A stretch of 64,000 bases of DNA from Hyphochytrium catenoides (Eukaryota > Protista > Hyphochytriomycota). The notes beneath the pieces are model-generated. The model saw nothing but the letters and a program-made list of their open reading frames with translations. It was not told the origin of the DNA and did not search any database. The position numbers and the translations under genes are program-made. The stretch is taken from NCBI GenBank assembly GCA_900088475.1, contig FLMG01000505.1:21337-85336 (forward strand). The letters are read 5' to 3'. How positions within the stretch are numbered: position 1 is the first letter of the stretch; the number at the start of each line of letters is the position of its first letter. Shown here piece by piece: positions 47,801-63,285 of this stretch.

Positions 47801-49998
47801 ACGCTTAGTAGGTGGCAGATCCCGTAAAATCACCAGAAGATGGAAGGGCAGTGAGGGAGGAGAGAGCGTGTGAGAGAGAGAGAGAGAGGCAATAACATCC
47901 TTGGATAGAATGAGATTTGGAGGAGCGATATTCACGGGAGAGAAAAGGAACTCGTCACCCCACGAAGGTGAAAGATAGGAGGCATGATGTTGCGATTGAG
48001 GGCATGTTCTCTGGACTGAGCTCTCTTTCTTAGGCCTTGCAATGATGGACCCCAAGGATGTCGCGCACTTTATATCTCTAGGTCTCCCGGTTTTTGAGAT
48101 TTACTCTTCACCGCAATGCACAGGAGTAGCCGCACTCAACAGGTAGGCAGGAAGTAACAACAGCACCGCTAACTAGCAATGGGAGGAACTGGCTGCAAAG
48201 GGGATGAGGAGCCGCTCAACTAGTGCTACGCTTGGAGTGTGTGCGCACTGACTATTGGCGCTTCTTGTACCATTGCCCGCCGGCACCAAACTCAGACCGA
48301 GAGTGTGGAAGATGGGGACTGTGGGCCGAGAACTACCAGGATCAGTTCTCCTAGCATCTCCACTATCAGGGGTAGGCTTTTGATGTCTACTTCTTCCTTC
48401 CGCAAATGGATGACAGAGCCAAGTTTCACTGTTAATGCCCGTGTTTGAGCCAAATGTTTCACTCACTGAAATTCTTGCCTCCTTAGGAGCTGCGCTACAA
48501 GGGCCGGAATGTTTTCATTGGATATGTGAACGATCCTTCTCGTACCCAGGTATACAAGTCGCCGTTCTATCTCAACCCTTCCTAGCTAGAACGCTGCACT
48601 TCAGTACTTCCTGCCTAGTGCCGGGTTCGGATGCACTAAAGACCTTTAATGTATGCAGAAACTCTTCGATCCACATGGCTGGCTTCGTTTAGGAGAGTAT
48701 GGTGCTCTAGACAAGGATGGCTGCTTGACATTGCAACCCACCTGTTCGAGTCCCATCATATTGGCTGACGGAACGGAGACTGTTCCAGGTATGAGCAAAT
48801 AGTGAATTTCTTTCCCGTGCTTTCTTCTACCCGTTTCGGCAAGTGTGCATCGCTTACTCAATGCCGGAACGCCATCCTATCTTTCGTTACCGGCTGTGAC
48901 TGCGATCCTTATCGGGCAGGATGCGAGTCACCCACTCTATGGACCATGTACTATCAATTGGTTTGCTCGCACTTTACATCATCCACCTTTAAACCGCTAC
49001 AATACTCTTTGCTTGCCTGATCATTTGGTGGTTCCAAACCTCTGACCGCCTAACACTATACAGATGCCCTAGAGACAGCAGTGAGAGACGAATTGCCCGA
49101 GATATCTCACGCTGTCGTGCTCGGAGATGGGAAGCCCTTTTTGGTACTTCTGCTTACTCTCAAGCAGACGCTAGACAAAGATGGACGCTCCAGTGGGACT
49201 CTTGCATCTCAGGTCGAAGAAAGTCACCAACATTTCTGTTTTCTCTCGGGCCATTGGCGTCTTGCTCGCTGCCTTTGCGACGCCATCGGGCTTTGATTTG
49301 AAAGATCTGTCCTCAGCACCTCTACCTTCAATCGAGTCCACCCCCATTTCGTGGTACTCGTTTCTTGAACCTGATTATGAAAGAAGAAACTTAATGCGCA
49401 TCTGCAGGTAGTTGACAAATCACTTCAGTTAGGGAGCACGGCGTCGAAGATGGAGGAGGTAAGATGGTGGGCCTTCTGTCGATCCTAGGTCCCCGCTTCA
49501 GGTATTCTGGCTCTTATACGCTTCTCTAGCTTGTCTTGTTCTATATACAAGAAGCTATGAAGAGATATTTTGGTTGACGTTGGTGTTATCTCTTTTCTTG
49601 TCGCTTCCAGCTGGTACTGGATGCCAAATGGGGGAACTACATAGATAATGGCATTCGAAAAGCAAACAGGTACGCCACATCACTCCCGGTGATTGATCCC
49701 CAGACAATCTTGGCACGAACTGAGCGGTACTAGCAGCCTCTCTATACTCTCCGGCAGTAGCAAAGAGATGGCGGATTATGGGCAAAAGGGGGAGAAACCT
49801 GCCATAGTCTAGACGCTCCTTGCCTAACGTCGCTTCTCTAGAGGTGTATATGGCTCGAACAACCACCGCATCAGCAAGTGGGCGCTGCTGCTGGACGAGT
49901 TTTCAAGAGAAGACGGGGAGCTTGATGATCACGATAGAGTCAACAGGATTATTGTACAAGAGCGATACAAGGAGGTTATCGACTCACTGTATACATAG
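44887..49998 (+). CDS. Bubblegum-type (ACSBG-like) long-chain acyl-CoA synthetase homolog with N-terminal extension and degenerate catalytic motifs (multi-exon)
   Basis: Exons follow ACSBG order: 'PKTI......TKYGEGPAF', 'SWQAYYDK..EFA..LI..G', 'PDDCAVITY', 'SHDNITFT', 'FMPLHDILCQMMEIYLPL', 'KPTIFFGSP', 'VGLEHCRVAFSG', 'GRNVFIGY', 'LPEISHAVVLGDGKPFLVLLLTLK', 'ISKWALLLDEFSREDGEL...YKEVIDSLYT*' (TAG 49996-49998). Start codon inferred. Confidence 0.85.
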
Positions 49999-50324
49999 AT
50001 AGGAGTTAGGTGTATATTTGTTAGGATCAGGAGACCGATAAGGAACTCAAAGACGGCGGGAAGGGAAAGCTGGTCTAGGTTAACATATTAGACTATTTAT
50101 TGGGCACGTGTAGATGGACATAGCAGGACGCTGTCTGGGCGCAGCTACCTGGGAGGAGCTAACTGGTCGAACGCAGTAAGCATGGATAAATGACAAAGAG
50201 AGAGGTGAAAGAGGAAGAGGCAGCATCGGAGGACGGGCAGCATGCTATGAAACTGTTTTATCATTGAATATGATCCTAAGGCCTTCAGCGGGCCGTATAC
50301 ATATACAGGGTTATCACTGTCATA

Positions 50325-51354
50325 CTAAGGGATTGGCTTGATCTGTTCCAGGAGAGAAAGAAACAGAATAAGCTTGGAGGTCTCTGAGACAGGTTGGCCC
50401 TTTTCATCTTACCTTAAAATGAAGGCTGATAAGGGAGAAGACCAAGCATTTGAGATCCTGCACTAGATAGTAGAAAATCCTTAAGCCTTCTGGATCCTTG
50501 CTGTCCTGTACGTCCAGCAACGAGCCAATTTTGGAGCACTGTTGATGAGAGTAGGGGTGAATGCCCGAAGCAAGGCGGAAGACGAACGACATTAGCATGA
50601 GGTCACTGTCACACTAGGAACGCGCAGTCATATCCTAGTTGTGGCCCGGAAGTAGCGTCAGATAGAAGCTAAGAGCTATCAAGAAGAAGGAAAACAGAGC
50701 GACGGGTCGTGCTAATCATCTGACCGTGAAGGAGATGTGCTCATTCCCGATGAGAATCTCCAACTCTTGGCGTCCAACCCTGTCCGGCTCTGGCCAGTTA
50801 TGATCATCTTCCTTTGTGATCTCACTGTCCTCAATTATCCGCTTTACCTCCGCCAACACAGCGGGAGTAACGTGCACTAGGTTTTGACGATAGAGAAGCA
50901 AAAGCTATTAAATTAAGAGCAAGGGAGGGGTAGACCACAGCCACACGCTGAGCTCAACCATGTACCCAGTCTCAAGCCTCAAGTGGCCGCAACAGCTAAG
51001 TTGAAGGTAGGCGGATATATAGCTGGTCTAGCTTCCGACTGAATGAGAGGAACCAAAAGGACACGCTCTAGTCTATCATTCCAGTTGAGCTTCTTCAACG
51101 TACCCATTTTCCTGATCATGACGTCTCTCTTGTAGTTTGAGTTGTTCGCATACCGCAGAGTCCCATCGGGCCGGAACTCGAACTCCATAAATTCATGGCC
51201 GAACTTTCCTTTGTGTCCGACACTGTAAGGCAACGGAGACGTTAGGAAAAGCTGAGGACACACACACACACCTAAGGGAAGATTCCTTGACACGAGCTCA
51301 ATCAAGAACTGCAACTTACTAGTATCTGCAGTAGAACTCCTCTTGCTTTGACAT
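50325..51354 (-). CDS. MAGOH: Mago nashi, exon junction complex core subunit (multi-exon)
   Basis: '[42 protein letters not shown]', '[29 protein letters not shown]', '[35 protein letters not shown]'. Confidence 0.98.
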
Positions 51355-51839
51355 CTTTCCTTCTTTAACGTCTATCTTAGCAAGGCCAGATCTCCTTATG
51401 ACTTCTGAGCTCCGGCAAAGAAGAACACACAGGGACGAGCAGGTGTCGGCCGCAGAGCCAAAGGTCAAGCGCAAGAAGCAGCCAAGAGAACTCCAAAACT
51501 ACGAAGTTTGCGGCACGAGTACCAGCGGCAAAGACTCCGCTTTCATGTTGAAGAGGGACTCCACACGCCTTGCCAGCTATCTTATGAGGTTTGTATGGAC
51601 TAATAGACGGCTGAAAATACCATAAGGCGGAGTTGTGGGTGCAATTCTCCTTCAGGTCTCCTCCTGGACTTGTGGATATTGGATTTCCTGAGACGGTGAT
51701 GTGAAGCTTCCTATGTGGAGCTTCCTGAATCTGGAGCTCGGAAATCTGTGAAGAACTTTTATTGAGTCTCCTACCGCCAAACTTTCCCACAGGAGAGAGG
51801 ATCCTCAACGCCATTGGAGTGGGTATACGGGCTAGAAAG

Positions 51840-52323
51840 ATGAGCACAAAGCCAGGCCAGGAAGCTTCCAAAAAGAAGACGCCATCCGACTTCCTAAGGT
51901 CGGTTGTCGGAAGACCGGTGGTACGTCACAGTAACCCTGCACCTCAGACCTTTTCGTCGGGACAATGCTACAGCTGAACTCTCTTTCGACAGATTGTCAA
52001 ACTCAACTCTGGCGTTGATTATAGAGGTAATTTGGCAGTAGATTATTCATCTCCAAGTTTCAAAAGAAACTAACCAGAGGCTGCTCTCAGGCGTTCTCGC
52101 CTGCTTAGATGGCTACATGAATATTGCGATGGAACAGACGGAGGAATACGTCAATGGGCAATTAAAGAATAAATATGGAGATTGCTTCATCAGAGGGAAC
52201 AACGGTAAGCACCCGAAAAGGACCTTAGCGCATGTGTCTGGCTCAGCTAACCACTTTTCTTTCTCTTCACCATAACGGACGGACTATCTAGTGCTTTACA
52301 TTTCCACCGCACAGCGGCGATAA
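51840..52323 (+). CDS. LSM6: U6 snRNA-associated Sm-like protein LSm6 (4 exons)
   Basis: 'KTPSDFLRSVVGRPVIVKLNSGVDYRGVLACLDGYMNIAMEQTEEYVNGQLKNKYGDCFIRGNNVLYIST'. Confidence 0.97.
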
Positions 52324-52572
52324 GGTTTCTATGGGTGTAGAAGCCCTACTTTAACGCGGAATAGTCATCCTTACGTCTGAACGTCTCTTGCCTCTTCCTT
52401 TTTATTTCCCTCTGGCTCGCTCTTGGCCAGTTCCATGTCGTATGTTCTCTGGCACCGGAATAGCTTCATATTACTGCTAAGAATACTTCATAATAAGTTC
52501 AAGCTGAGTGCAACCACTATGATGCAAGATAAAGATAGCCAAGGACGTAGCCGACAAAAAGATTTGCTTATT

Positions 52573-55793
<3,221 letters not shown>

Positions 55794-56330
55794 ATCTCCC
55801 CTCAATCAAGCTGCCGAAAAATGTCTGCGCACATTAGAATTCTTCAAACATCATTTGACCAGAGGAGCTTCTCACTTCGTTGACCTATAGATCGCGGTCC
55901 ATACGGGTCAGCGGGCCATAAATAAGAGCAAATGTAGTTCAAAACGGATGAGCAATTGGTGGGAAGTATAAGTATAGCAGGGACGTCGGTGGAGCGAGCA
56001 AATGCTAAGAGCAGCCAAACTTTGTCCAATGCCCCTCTAGCACCTTACATCTGACAATATCTGGGCGGGCGATCTGCGATACAGGGCTCCAGAGCCTTTC
56101 TTAACCTGATGGTGACCGCCTGGATGCTCGTTCTCTCCTCCCGTCGGCGCTATAATGGGCTTTCAGAGCGGGCTGTAGGACGTGGTGAAGCTTGAGGACC
56201 TTCCTCCTCCTTGATCTTCAAAGCAAGCAGGTAAGGTTGCTCCTCTTCCACTTGACTTGATCCTCCTCTAATCGACAACTTCGTTTCTTCCAGCTTTCAA
56301 AGCTTTCTGCCATCCTTTTACATCTTTTTA

Positions 56331-56565
56331 GCTCTCTCTCTCTCTCTAGCTTCCCACTTCTTTCTCTCTNNNNNNNNNNNNNNNTCTCTCTCGTCTCTCT
56401 CTCTCTCTCGCCTCTCTCTCTCACTCACTCTCATCCTCTCGTCTCTCTCTCTCTCTCTCTCTCACTCACTCTCATCCTCTCTCTCTCTCTCTCGTCTCTC
56501 TCTCTCTCGTGTCTCTCTCGTCTCTCTCTCTCTCTCCTTCCTTCTCTCTCTTGTCTCTCTCTCTC
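56331..56565. repeat. (CT)n-rich simple repeat containing an assembly gap (N at 56370-56384)
   Basis: Long CT/TC tract interrupted by 15 Ns. Confidence 0.95.
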
Positions 56566-57243
56566 TGCTCCTTGTCCATATCTCACAGTCAAGAAGTTCC
56601 ACTTCCTCCAGGCGCGGAACTCTGCACTTTGGGAGTGTCGTCCCTCGCGCCTGCTCGACAGAGAGGCAGTAATAATATCAGGACCTAACCCTTCAATGCC
56701 GTACATCCTTGAAACAATAACGGTGTCCCAGTTAGAGAGGTTGATGTGGAGAATGGGAGGTCAACTACGTACATTTGTTCCACGAAACATTTCGATACTT
56801 TCAATGAAACATTCTCGTTAGTCCTTAGGCACAGTATAGGAGGAAAGACTAGCCTGCAAAGCCGTTAGCGGGCTTTTCAGAGAGCGGCCCTGCGATCTTC
56901 GGAATGACTGTAGAAACAGAGTTGACACAGAAGGTATGGAGAACCGTCATCATCCGGTGGTCGGACAGACGGACTGTCGTGGAGATTATTGGGAAGGGGG
57001 CAGATCTGGGTAGTTCTATGGCAAGGTAACAATAGAGAAGAGAAAGGAGGGAGATATGGCCCCATATCTACATGGAATGATTAGAAAGAGGTCTACCGTA
57101 CTGTAAGAGTCTGAGCAACGCGTGTCGGGGGTTACTCGATGCGGATATGCCACCATCATCACTTCTGCCTCTCTGTGGGGAGCCCATAAGGCCAACGCTG
57201 TCGCTGGAAGCTTAGAGTGCATCAAGAGTGAAGTCAACCCCCA

Positions 57244-59278
57244 ATGTCAAACTCAAGGGTAGTGCGCGAGGGCAAGATATCCTCAATATCTTACCCGATC
57301 TTTGCAGTGGATTGGGCTCCAGCTTATGAAGCCACTTTGGCTGAGGCGAAGACCAGCAATAACAAGTCGAGGGCCTACCCTTGCGACACTCTGCTTGTGA
57401 TCGCAGGCGGAGGCGGTTCAGCAAAAAGTGGTGTCAAGAATGCGGTGGTATGTACTCGGGGTACCCTCAAGCCCGCCACCTGAGCCGTGCCAGTTGTTCT
57501 AGTCAGCCTCTAATCATAAGTTCTTAGACATTAGGTTCACTGAAGACGGGTCCTGAAGGCAGGCCTATCATAGCAACAGACAGCGTTATTGACACGGGCA
57601 ATGAACTGGTGTCGACGGTGGCATTGTCACCTGATGTAAGGCTAGCTTGTCAGTCGCCCTGTAAACTGGCTCAATATGACTGAGCCTCAATTGATACACT
57701 TTCAGGGCCGTCTTCTCGTGGTCGGGGTCAAGAACCAAAGCCGCCTTTACCTCTTGAACGGAAAGGAGAAGTAAGCTGTACCATTAAAACGTAGAGCGAT
57801 AGCTTCCAAAGTGTTTAATCTCTTTTCCGTCACATTAGGCAAGAACTCGTGGGTTACTTTGAGACCGATTTCGCAGAATTCGGAGCTGGCCAGGTAATGG
57901 CCGGCTAAGCTCAAAGCGGTGCTGGCAACCTTGCTAAGAATATGGTCGTTGCCTCACATTATCACTGTTCAGTGTGCAGTTCTATTTAGTCCGGATGGCA
58001 GGCTGCTTGCAACAGCTGGGGAAGACACGGCTGTTAGGGTATGGAAGATCCCGCCCTCCTTAGCTACCGCCAAGACAGCGAAGGGAGGAAAAGCAAAGCG
58101 ACGGGGTTCAAAACGCGAGAAGTCAGATTCACCTGTCGACGTTGAGGAACCGTTGAAGAAACTGGAGCTGGAGCTTGTTGCGACGTTTAAGGGCCATGAG
58201 AAATCTGTTAATGCCTTAGGATGGAGTTCAGACTCATCAATGGTGATACGAGAGCGGTGCCTCTATTCAGTCTTTAGTTCTTCTCTAAATCTTCGTGCTC
58301 GTTTGCTCCTTTCCTGTTGCGGTTTCTTTCCTATTGACCACATTAGTGGTCGCTTCCTGTGTCCTCCTCTATCCGCCTATCAAAAGTCCATGCCCTTCTA
58401 ACCTATCGCAACTTCATGGTCGTCAGTTGGCCTCCTCTGGACGGGATGGGAAGTGCTTTGTATGGTCGTTAGACACTTCGGCCAAGGAATATTTATTTGC
58501 CCTGCCTGAGGCGGGCTCCATCATTCCCCCTTCGTATACAGCGGAAGGAAAACGGAAGGTTACCTTTGTGTATAGAGGCTGCAGGTAACCTTTCCTTAGC
58601 CCCAGTTTCCAAATTTTTATAACTTCCTCACCTGCTCTAAAGATTCTTGCCAGGAAAGAAGGAGCTCGTCACATTGCAGACTCCAACACGAGGGCCTACC
58701 TTCTTGACGCATTGGAGTTTACAAGCAGACAACGCGAATAAGGGCCCTTCACTTCTGAGGATGACTAAGGTGCACGGTGTTCCCGCTTGTTCGTTAGCTG
58801 TTAGGTAAGAGTACCTCTCTTTAAATCCTGCAACTCCGTCTGACTTTGGAGTAGTCCCAGTGGAAAATGGATTGGCGTCGGCACGAATGATGGGCAGAGC
58901 ATTGTGCTGTCAAGCGCATCTTTCAGCATAGTAAACTCCGCGAAAGCTCATTACTTGCCTGTCACGGGCATGGCTTTTTGCCCCGCGAGGTACGCTATAA
59001 CTCCTTTACTCGCTTAGTAAGGTGCTAAGGCCAGCGACTACTTAGAGAGGAACCTGAAGAATTGCTGCTGTCTGCTTCCGCGGACTATTCGTGCTACGTC
59101 CTCCTTCCACAAGGTAATCCATATAGGATAGGACGGATGGCCATGAATATCTCTCTCTTCTTCGAAAGTAGCTAACTCTCTTTGTTTGGCATGGCCAGGG
59201 CACAGGACGGGACAGCTAGTCCTCCTTCTCCTATCTCTCATTGTCGTTCTTCTGGCTGTGGTCTATCAAGTAGCCTAG
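57244..59278 (+). CDS. SEC12: Sec12/PREB-like WD40 guanine-nucleotide exchange factor for Sar1 (multi-exon, C-terminal TM)
   Basis: 'YPIFAV', K-loop 'AGGGGSAKSGVKNAV', WD repeats 'FSPDGRLLATAGED..VRVW', 'GHEKSVNALGWS', 'HYLPVTGMAF', 'LLSASADYS', tail TM 'LVLLLLSLIVVLLAVVYQVA*'. Confidence 0.9.
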
Positions 59279-59836
59279 CGCTGTTTCAAGGCCCAACCCA
59301 AATGAGAAGTGGAGTTACGTGCCCTCGTCAGTTAGATGAAGCTTAAGTGTATGTTAGACAACTCGAGGGCTTAGTGATCTCACCCTCCATCACTCCTTAT
59401 GCTTGGAGGAGGCAGCCTAACTCTGCTCTTTCGAGTGCTGCTTGCCCACCAAGACCACGGCTAGAGAGATATCACTTTCCACATACAAACAGCTAGATAA
59501 ATGCACAATGTGATTATCAGTGAGTGATTATCGGGAGTTGGCAGTAACGGTCCTGGGCAAGTAAACAATGAAATCTTGATCAAGGTCGACCAGGCGGTCT
59601 GGCCGCGGGATTAGGGGAACCAGACTGGCGCTGGACGGGTAGACGTCCTTCGCTTGCTCCAGTGTTTAGCTAGAATGTTGAGTCAGTCGACCTCTTTGTC
59701 GCTTTGCTCCACTGTCACTGGTCTGCAGCCTTCGGCGGCCTGTGTGTGGATAAGCTTTCCTCTCCACTGATTCCGTCTCGCTTCTTACCTTAAGGCCATT
59801 CTTAAGTCAGCAACCTTTAAGGTAGACCCCTGAAAC

Positions 59837-60481
59837 ATGGGTTCTAATGTACTCCTTTCCCACGCTGGATCCTCGTTGAGCACCTGCAAGGGATCCATAG
59901 CAACATCGGGCTCTCGGTGTGCTCTGGGTAGTCACAGCGAACGTTTGATCCCAGAGGATTTGGTGCTCAGCATACTGCTTGGAATAGCATGGGGGCTCAT
60001 CCTTTTACGGATCCTCACATGGTACCCTGGTGAGCCATACGAGTATATTCCTGAGAGTGAGAAGCTTCAGAAGGAGAGGAAGGCAAAACTGGAGGCTGAG
60101 AAGCGGGATGCTACCCTTCGTTCTTCTGATGAGGGCCAGGCAGTTCCGCCGACACAGGAGGAGGAGCTTAACCGCATGGTGGCTAACCTCCCCCGGGATA
60201 GGATGAAGGCTTTGCTAGGTCTTGACGATCAAAAACTAAGTCAAATCATAGAGCAAGCAAAGAAGGATGCAAGAGAAGGAGTGGCCACGGATGACCAAGG
60301 TGCAAGAATGGCCCGCTGGCTTGACACGGCTGTATATGTTCTGCTCTTTGGCGCCCTCCTGTGGTTCACATCAAAAGAAGCCAGCGATTTCTTAACGTCA
60401 CTTTTTCCAACAGAGGCTCGGACACTTGCTGTGGGCCTGGAGAGAATGAATGCACTCCTTCCCCCGCCATGGAAATTCTAG
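59837..60481 (+). CDS. Hypothetical membrane protein (two hydrophobic segments, central charged region)
   Basis: Uninterrupted 214-aa ORF with TM-like 'LVLSILLGIAWGLILLRIL' and 'AVYVLLFGALLWF'. No family recognised. Confidence 0.6.
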   Translation: MGSNVLLSHAGSSLSTCKGSIATSGSRCALGSHSERLIPEDLVLSILLGIAWGLILLRILTWYPGEPYEYIPESEKLQKERKAKLEAEKRDATLRSSDEGQAVPPTQEEELNRMVANLPRDRMKALLGLDDQKLSQIIEQAKKDAREGVATDDQGARMARWLDTAVYVLLFGALLWFTSKEASDFLTSLFPTEARTLAVGLERMNALLPPPWKF

Positions 60482-60875
60482 ACTCTCCTTATCTCATATT
60501 TACCGTATAAAGGCCTAGAAAGGATATGCTAAGGCGTCAAGGGAGGGCGCTCCATATTCAGTTCCTGGGTGCAATGTGTGGCGCTGGCCCGATACTGGTC
60601 TCTTTGAACTGGTGAACTAGCCTCTGGTCATGGAGAGTTAGGAGTGCTAAACTCAATCCAAGATGCAAGAGGGAAAGGGGAATTGAAGCAGGGGAAGGCA
60701 GACGTGATTTGTTGGGGCCTATTGGATCCACATCTCGCGCCTCTCATCAACGGCAAAGAGGAAGAGCTTTACTTGAGGCTCTACTGGTTGAGAGCTAGGG
60801 TTAGCCCATTATCAGTGATGAGCTAGAATGTTATACTTGCTAAGAAACACGGTCATTTGACCTTAATCGTATCAG

Positions 60876-61016
60876 ACTGCCAAATCTTGACGGGTACTAG
60901 CCTAGCCTTGCCACAATCAAGACTTTTGACGGGTATCAGCTTTGCCACAAGCGGTCTTTCGCCTCACGATAGAAGGCTAGGCTAGTACTCCGTCAAGACT
61001 ATTATGGCAAGGCTAG
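60876..61016. repeat. Foldback/MITE-like structure: ~25-bp inverted repeat built from short internal direct repeats
   Basis: TCTTGACGGGTACTAGCCTAGCCTT (60885-60909) pairs with AAGGCTAGGCTAGTACTCCGTCAAGA (60973-60998) with one indel. TTGACGGGTA and TTGCCACAA recur in direct orientation. Confidence 0.7.
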
Positions 61017-61219
61017 CGCTCCGCCGGCTAATATTCACTCTTATCCTTCCACCATCGATCGTCATCTCTACTAGCGATATGTCTCCATCTTTCGACCAGG
61101 TATCTGCGGAATCCGCAAGAGGGTACTAATTGGATTGATGGTTATGTCCTCCGACGTAGCAAACGCCGGAGATTATTATAAGTCCGGCGAAGGCTGGGCA
61201 GGAGAGGACACCACTTTGC

Positions 61220-62854
61220 GTGGCGGAGTTGATGACCACTGACACCTCTGCCTTTTGCCTCCAGACGCACTTGGAGAGGCTTCGACATGCCGAATATAAA
61301 CGGTTTAAGAGCCACGTCATTCCCCTGATCCTTGTAATGGATTGCGGCCTGAACTTGTTAAACGCTGTCTTGCACACGTGTATAACAAGGGCGAGAGCCT
61401 GCACAGTTACAAAGCAAAGTGGTTTGAACGCGTCGATGGCGGCAGTGATGATGTTCCCGAAGGATCCCAAGAGGTTGTCGCTTCTTGGTTCTATTGTCAT
61501 TGTGTCAGGGCCGTTCCGGATAAAGTCAAAGGGAAACATTTCCTGAAACAGGATCAAGCTTTAAAGGATCGAATGCTAACGTTGGCTCCAAAAATCTTTA
61601 TAACCGTCAAACATCAACGGACCTCTGGTGATGCTGAAAAGTGTATCAGAGCCTTCAACTGTTTACTGTCCATGGATTGGCTCCAGGCTCAGGATGTTGA
61701 TCTATCCCTCGATGTTGCTGGATGTTGCGCCTCATTCAATCGCTATGGTTGTCAAGCTCTTGAACAAGGCTGACCGGTTGAATAGGACCCAAGGAGATAA
61801 TGAGGTTGAAGGCGAAGGGGCCATAGGCGAAGCTTCAAACCCTTCTTCGGAGGAAGGGATCCCCGATGCGATTGATGAAGAAGAGGTGCCTCCCGTTGGA
61901 ACGAAAGTACACTCATATTGCGTCGGAGCCGGAGGACCATCTCTGCTAACCTTCTATATAAAAGATGGACGGAAGAGAGAATAAGAGCTCGCAAGGTAAA
62001 AACATATATTCTGTGAGGCTTCTCGAGGTGGTGGCTTTGGTAGAGGTCGATTTCTTACCGGATGAAGGCCTCTCCATAAGAAACCCCTTCTACTGCCTTC
62101 AACTACATGCTTACTTCAACGCATTCTTGTGGCCTTCCTCTCTCTTGTTGAGCGATGTCCTCAAGCGAGTGCGGGAGCCGACGTTTAGTTCCAAACCGTT
62201 GTTGAGGCGTACTTCCGCATCATGCATGCATAGCTGTCACAACGACGGCTTGCGCTCCATCGATACCTCATTGAGCGAAAGGACATGCTTGACCGAGAAC
62301 TGGCCGCAAACATAGACTCCAATACTCGCAGGGACAGCGCCTCTGCTCTGAAGAGGAGGAGACGACCGGCTGCTTTGACACCAGACAAGGTCAGGTCCAA
62401 AGAGGGTGCGAGCGATCACGAGGGAGAGGTTGAAGAAAACGAGCATAGACAGAAACGCTTAAGACCTGACCTTACGGGATCTGCTCTTCAGTTAAGCAAC
62501 AAGGATTTTGCGGAAGCTATCCTGCATCGCCGAAGCGGCTTCGCTTCAGGTAGCAGGAAAACGGTGTCACTGCAGCTAATTGCCCAGGAGATCTTAGTTT
62601 GTATTTATCAATACCGTGCTGGTGCGACGCTGTCCCAAGCGACGGTTCCCCAGCTGAAAAACGCGAGAAGTGTGCCTGCTGACCCGGCCGTTACTAGGGG
62701 TATCTGTGACTGGAGTTCGACGTGGATGACAAAACTTCCAACAACGCATCGAGTGGCCAATAAAAAAAGAAAGTCTTCGTCCTATATCGTTCTCAGTTGC
62801 GCAAGTCATCACACAGAGATAGATAATCCTCTCAGGGTGATGACAAGGAGTTGA
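61220..62854 (+). CDS. Possible hypothetical multi-exon gene or decayed coding region
   Basis: Chain of overlapping + ORFs (61220-61546, 61342-61773, 61628-61984, 62285-62854) with protein-like composition and an NLS-like 'KRRRRP'. No family recognised. Confidence 0.35.
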
Positions 62855-63154
62855 GAAATGACAGCTGACATCTCCGTGTCTTGAGCTATAGCTGAGCACT
62901 CGAATGCGTCGTCAGAGCATGAGTCTTCCAGTAGACCCCTAATTAGCGGATAAGCCGACATACAATTCTCAATCTCCACCACGGTAGGGGGCTCGGGAAG
63001 TCACCGTGAACAACATAATAGGATGCTCAGCCCGTGTAGGTGTGAGCAGAAAGTGTGCTATAACTATATGAGATCTGCAAGGTATCTGCTGCTGGAGAAG
63101 AAAGAAATGCGAGAGGCTGCTCGAGCTACCCAAGCTACGTAGTAGTGGCGGTCT

Positions 63155-63155
63155 G

Positions 63156-63187
<32 letters not shown>

Positions 63188-63285
63188 TCTCTCTCTTCTT
63201 CTCTTCTGATCTCTCTCTTTCTCTTTCTTCTCTTCTGATCTCTCTCTTTCTTCTCTCCTTACCTTCTCTCTTTTCTACCTCTCAT
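63155..63285. repeat. CT-rich low-complexity tract
   Basis: (CT)n/(CTT)n-rich, with a repeated TCTTCTCTTCTGATCTCTCTCTTTC unit. Confidence 0.85.

Noticed and set aside
56218-56706. Arg/Glu-repeat ORFs
   Set aside because: Translation of a (GA)n microsatellite spanning an assembly gap.
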